From Oligoflexales bacterium (GTDB taxonomy: Bacteria; Bdellovibrionota_B; Oligoflexia; Oligoflexales; Bog-1112): a stretch of DNA of 16,226 nt. Location of the stretch: the NCBI GenBank assembly GCA_045106415.1, contig JBGCEP010000083.1:1-16226 (forward strand), given 5' to 3'. The notes under the pieces are model-generated. The model was not told where the DNA came from. It saw nothing but the letters and a program-made list of their open reading frames with translations, and searched no databases. Shown one piece after another: positions 15,025-16,226 of the stretch; the stretch's first letter is position 1, and the number at the start of each line of letters is the position of its first letter. The translations under genes and the position numbers were made by a program.

Positions 15025-16226
15025 AGATATAACCAAATTTAGTGGATGAGAAGAAAAAGGCAGCGTACCCTCCTGGTAACCAAACCAACCTTGGTCCAAG
15101 ACCAAAATCTGGAGAATACGCTATGAATACTCGTACCAAAAGAATCGACTCAACATCATCTAATTCTACAAATGATGTCTTGAGTGAAGTATTAAAAGCT
15201 GGTGCTCAGAAGATGCTTGCGGCTGCAGTTGAGTCAGAAATATCTGAATATGTTGCTACATTTGAAGATCAACTTGATGAACATGGAAAAAGACTTGTTG
15301 TCCGGAATGGTTTCCATCCATGTAGAAGAATTCAAACAGGGCTGGGAGATATAGAAGTAACAGCACCTCGAATCAACGACCGCCGATATGATAAGGATGG
15401 TAATAGGGTCAGATTTACCAGCAGTATCTTGCCTCCATACCTCAGAAGAACTAAAAGCGTTGGAGAGTTAATCCCTTGGCTTTATCTTAAAGGAATCTCA
15501 ACTGGGGATTTTTCTGAAGCCCTGACATCATTACTGGGCCCAGAAGCAGGCGGCCTTTCAGCGACAACAGTGACTCGGATGAAAGAGAAATGGGGTGATG
15601 AACATGATGACTGGAGCAATAGAAGCCTTGCAGGAAAGAAGTATGTCTATTGGTGGGCAGACGGAATTTACTTCAGTGTGAGGCTTGGAAACGGAGACCG
15701 AGTTTGCATGATGGTTATCATAGGTGCCTTAGACAATGGTAAAAAAGAGCTTGTTGCAGTTGTCCCAGGAGTACGAGAGCTCACTCTGAGCTGGAAGGAA
15801 ATTCTACTGAATCTACGAGATCGTGGATTGCAAGAAGAGCCAGAGTTAGCGACAGCAGATGGCGCATTAGGATTCTGGAGTGCAATGTCTGAAGTTTTTC
15901 CCAACAGTGATCAACAGATGTGCTGGGTGCACAAAATTGCAAATGTCCTAGATAAAATTCCTAAGACTCGACAGCCCCAGGCCAAGTCAATGCTGCACGA
16001 AATATATAATGCTGACACAGGAAAGGAGGCTGGGAAGGCTTTTAACCGATTTTCAGAGGTGTTTACAGATAAATACCCACGTGCTGTTAATAGCCTAATG
16101 AAAAATCGTGAAAGGCTTCTTACTTTTTACAATTATCCTGCTACGCATTGGCAACATATCAGGACCAGTAATCCCATAGAGTCAACCTTTGCAACCGTTC
16201 GATTGCGAAGTAAGAGAACAAAAGGA
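15024..16226 (+). mobile_element. IS256-family insertion sequence (right end outside the window)
   Basis: Putative left end GAGATATAACCAAATTTAGTGG at ~15024, exactly where similarity of the antisense transposase fragment stops. It is followed by the IS256 transposase ORF. Confidence 0.85.
15123..16226 (+). CDS. IS256-family (mutator-type) transposase, 3'-truncated by the window edge
   Basis: Absent from the ORF track because there is no stop in the window. Open for 368 codons from ATG 15123 (SD GGAGA). Motifs VVRNG, ILPPYLRR, LYLKGISTGDF, YWWADGIY, TADGALGFW, CWVHK, IRTSNPIESTFATVR, with all D-D-CxxH-E residues present. Confidence 0.95.
   Translation, partial: MNTRTKRIDSTSSNSTNDVLSEVLKAGAQKMLAAAVESEISEYVATFEDQLDEHGKRLVVRNGFHPCRRIQTGLGDIEVTAPRINDRRYDKDGNRVRFTSSILPPYLRRTKSVGELIPWLYLKGISTGDFSEALTSLLGPEAGGLSATTVTRMKEKWGDEHDDWSNRSLAGKKYVYWWADGIYFSVRLGNGDRVCMMVIIGALDNGKKELVAVVPGVRELTLSWKEILLNLRDRGLQEEPELATADGALGFWSAMSEVFPNSDQQMCWVHKIANVLDKIPKTRQPQAKSMLHEIYNADTGKEAGKAFNRFSEVFTDKYPRAVNSLMKNRERLLTFYNYPATHWQHIRTSNPIESTFATVRLRSKRTKG

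Noticed and set aside
15668..15904. 78 aa minus-strand ORF
   Set aside because: It is antisense to the IS256 transposase.

Overview
AT-rich bacterial chromosomal window. Its gene style (lipoproteins with Ig/PA14/VWA domains, a receiver-TPR protein, sigma28-like promoters) suggests Bdellovibrionota/Oligoflexia, which is inference only. From left to right: (1) the 3' part of a large surface protein with 91-92 aa Ig-like tandem repeats, an FN3-like domain and a C-terminal FGE-sulfatase/CLec domain whose last ~35 codons resemble a DGR variable region, with no RT or template repeat in the window; (2) a decayed IS630; (3) a 1129 aa Big_2-repeat/PA14 lipoprotein; (4) an orphan lipoprotein with an internal membrane helix; (5) an MFS transporter; (6) a canonical Chlamydia/plastid-type ATP/ADP translocase (NTT/Tlc) with strong CGT codon bias; (7) a VWA lipoprotein; (8) a CheY-like receiver and a pseudo-receiver-TPR protein; (9) an apparently intact IS256 inserted into an older transposase. 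The main signal is an energy-parasite nucleotide importer lying among candidate adhesins. All three lipoprotein genes have sigma28-like promoters, and one of these promoters sits in an inverted repeat.
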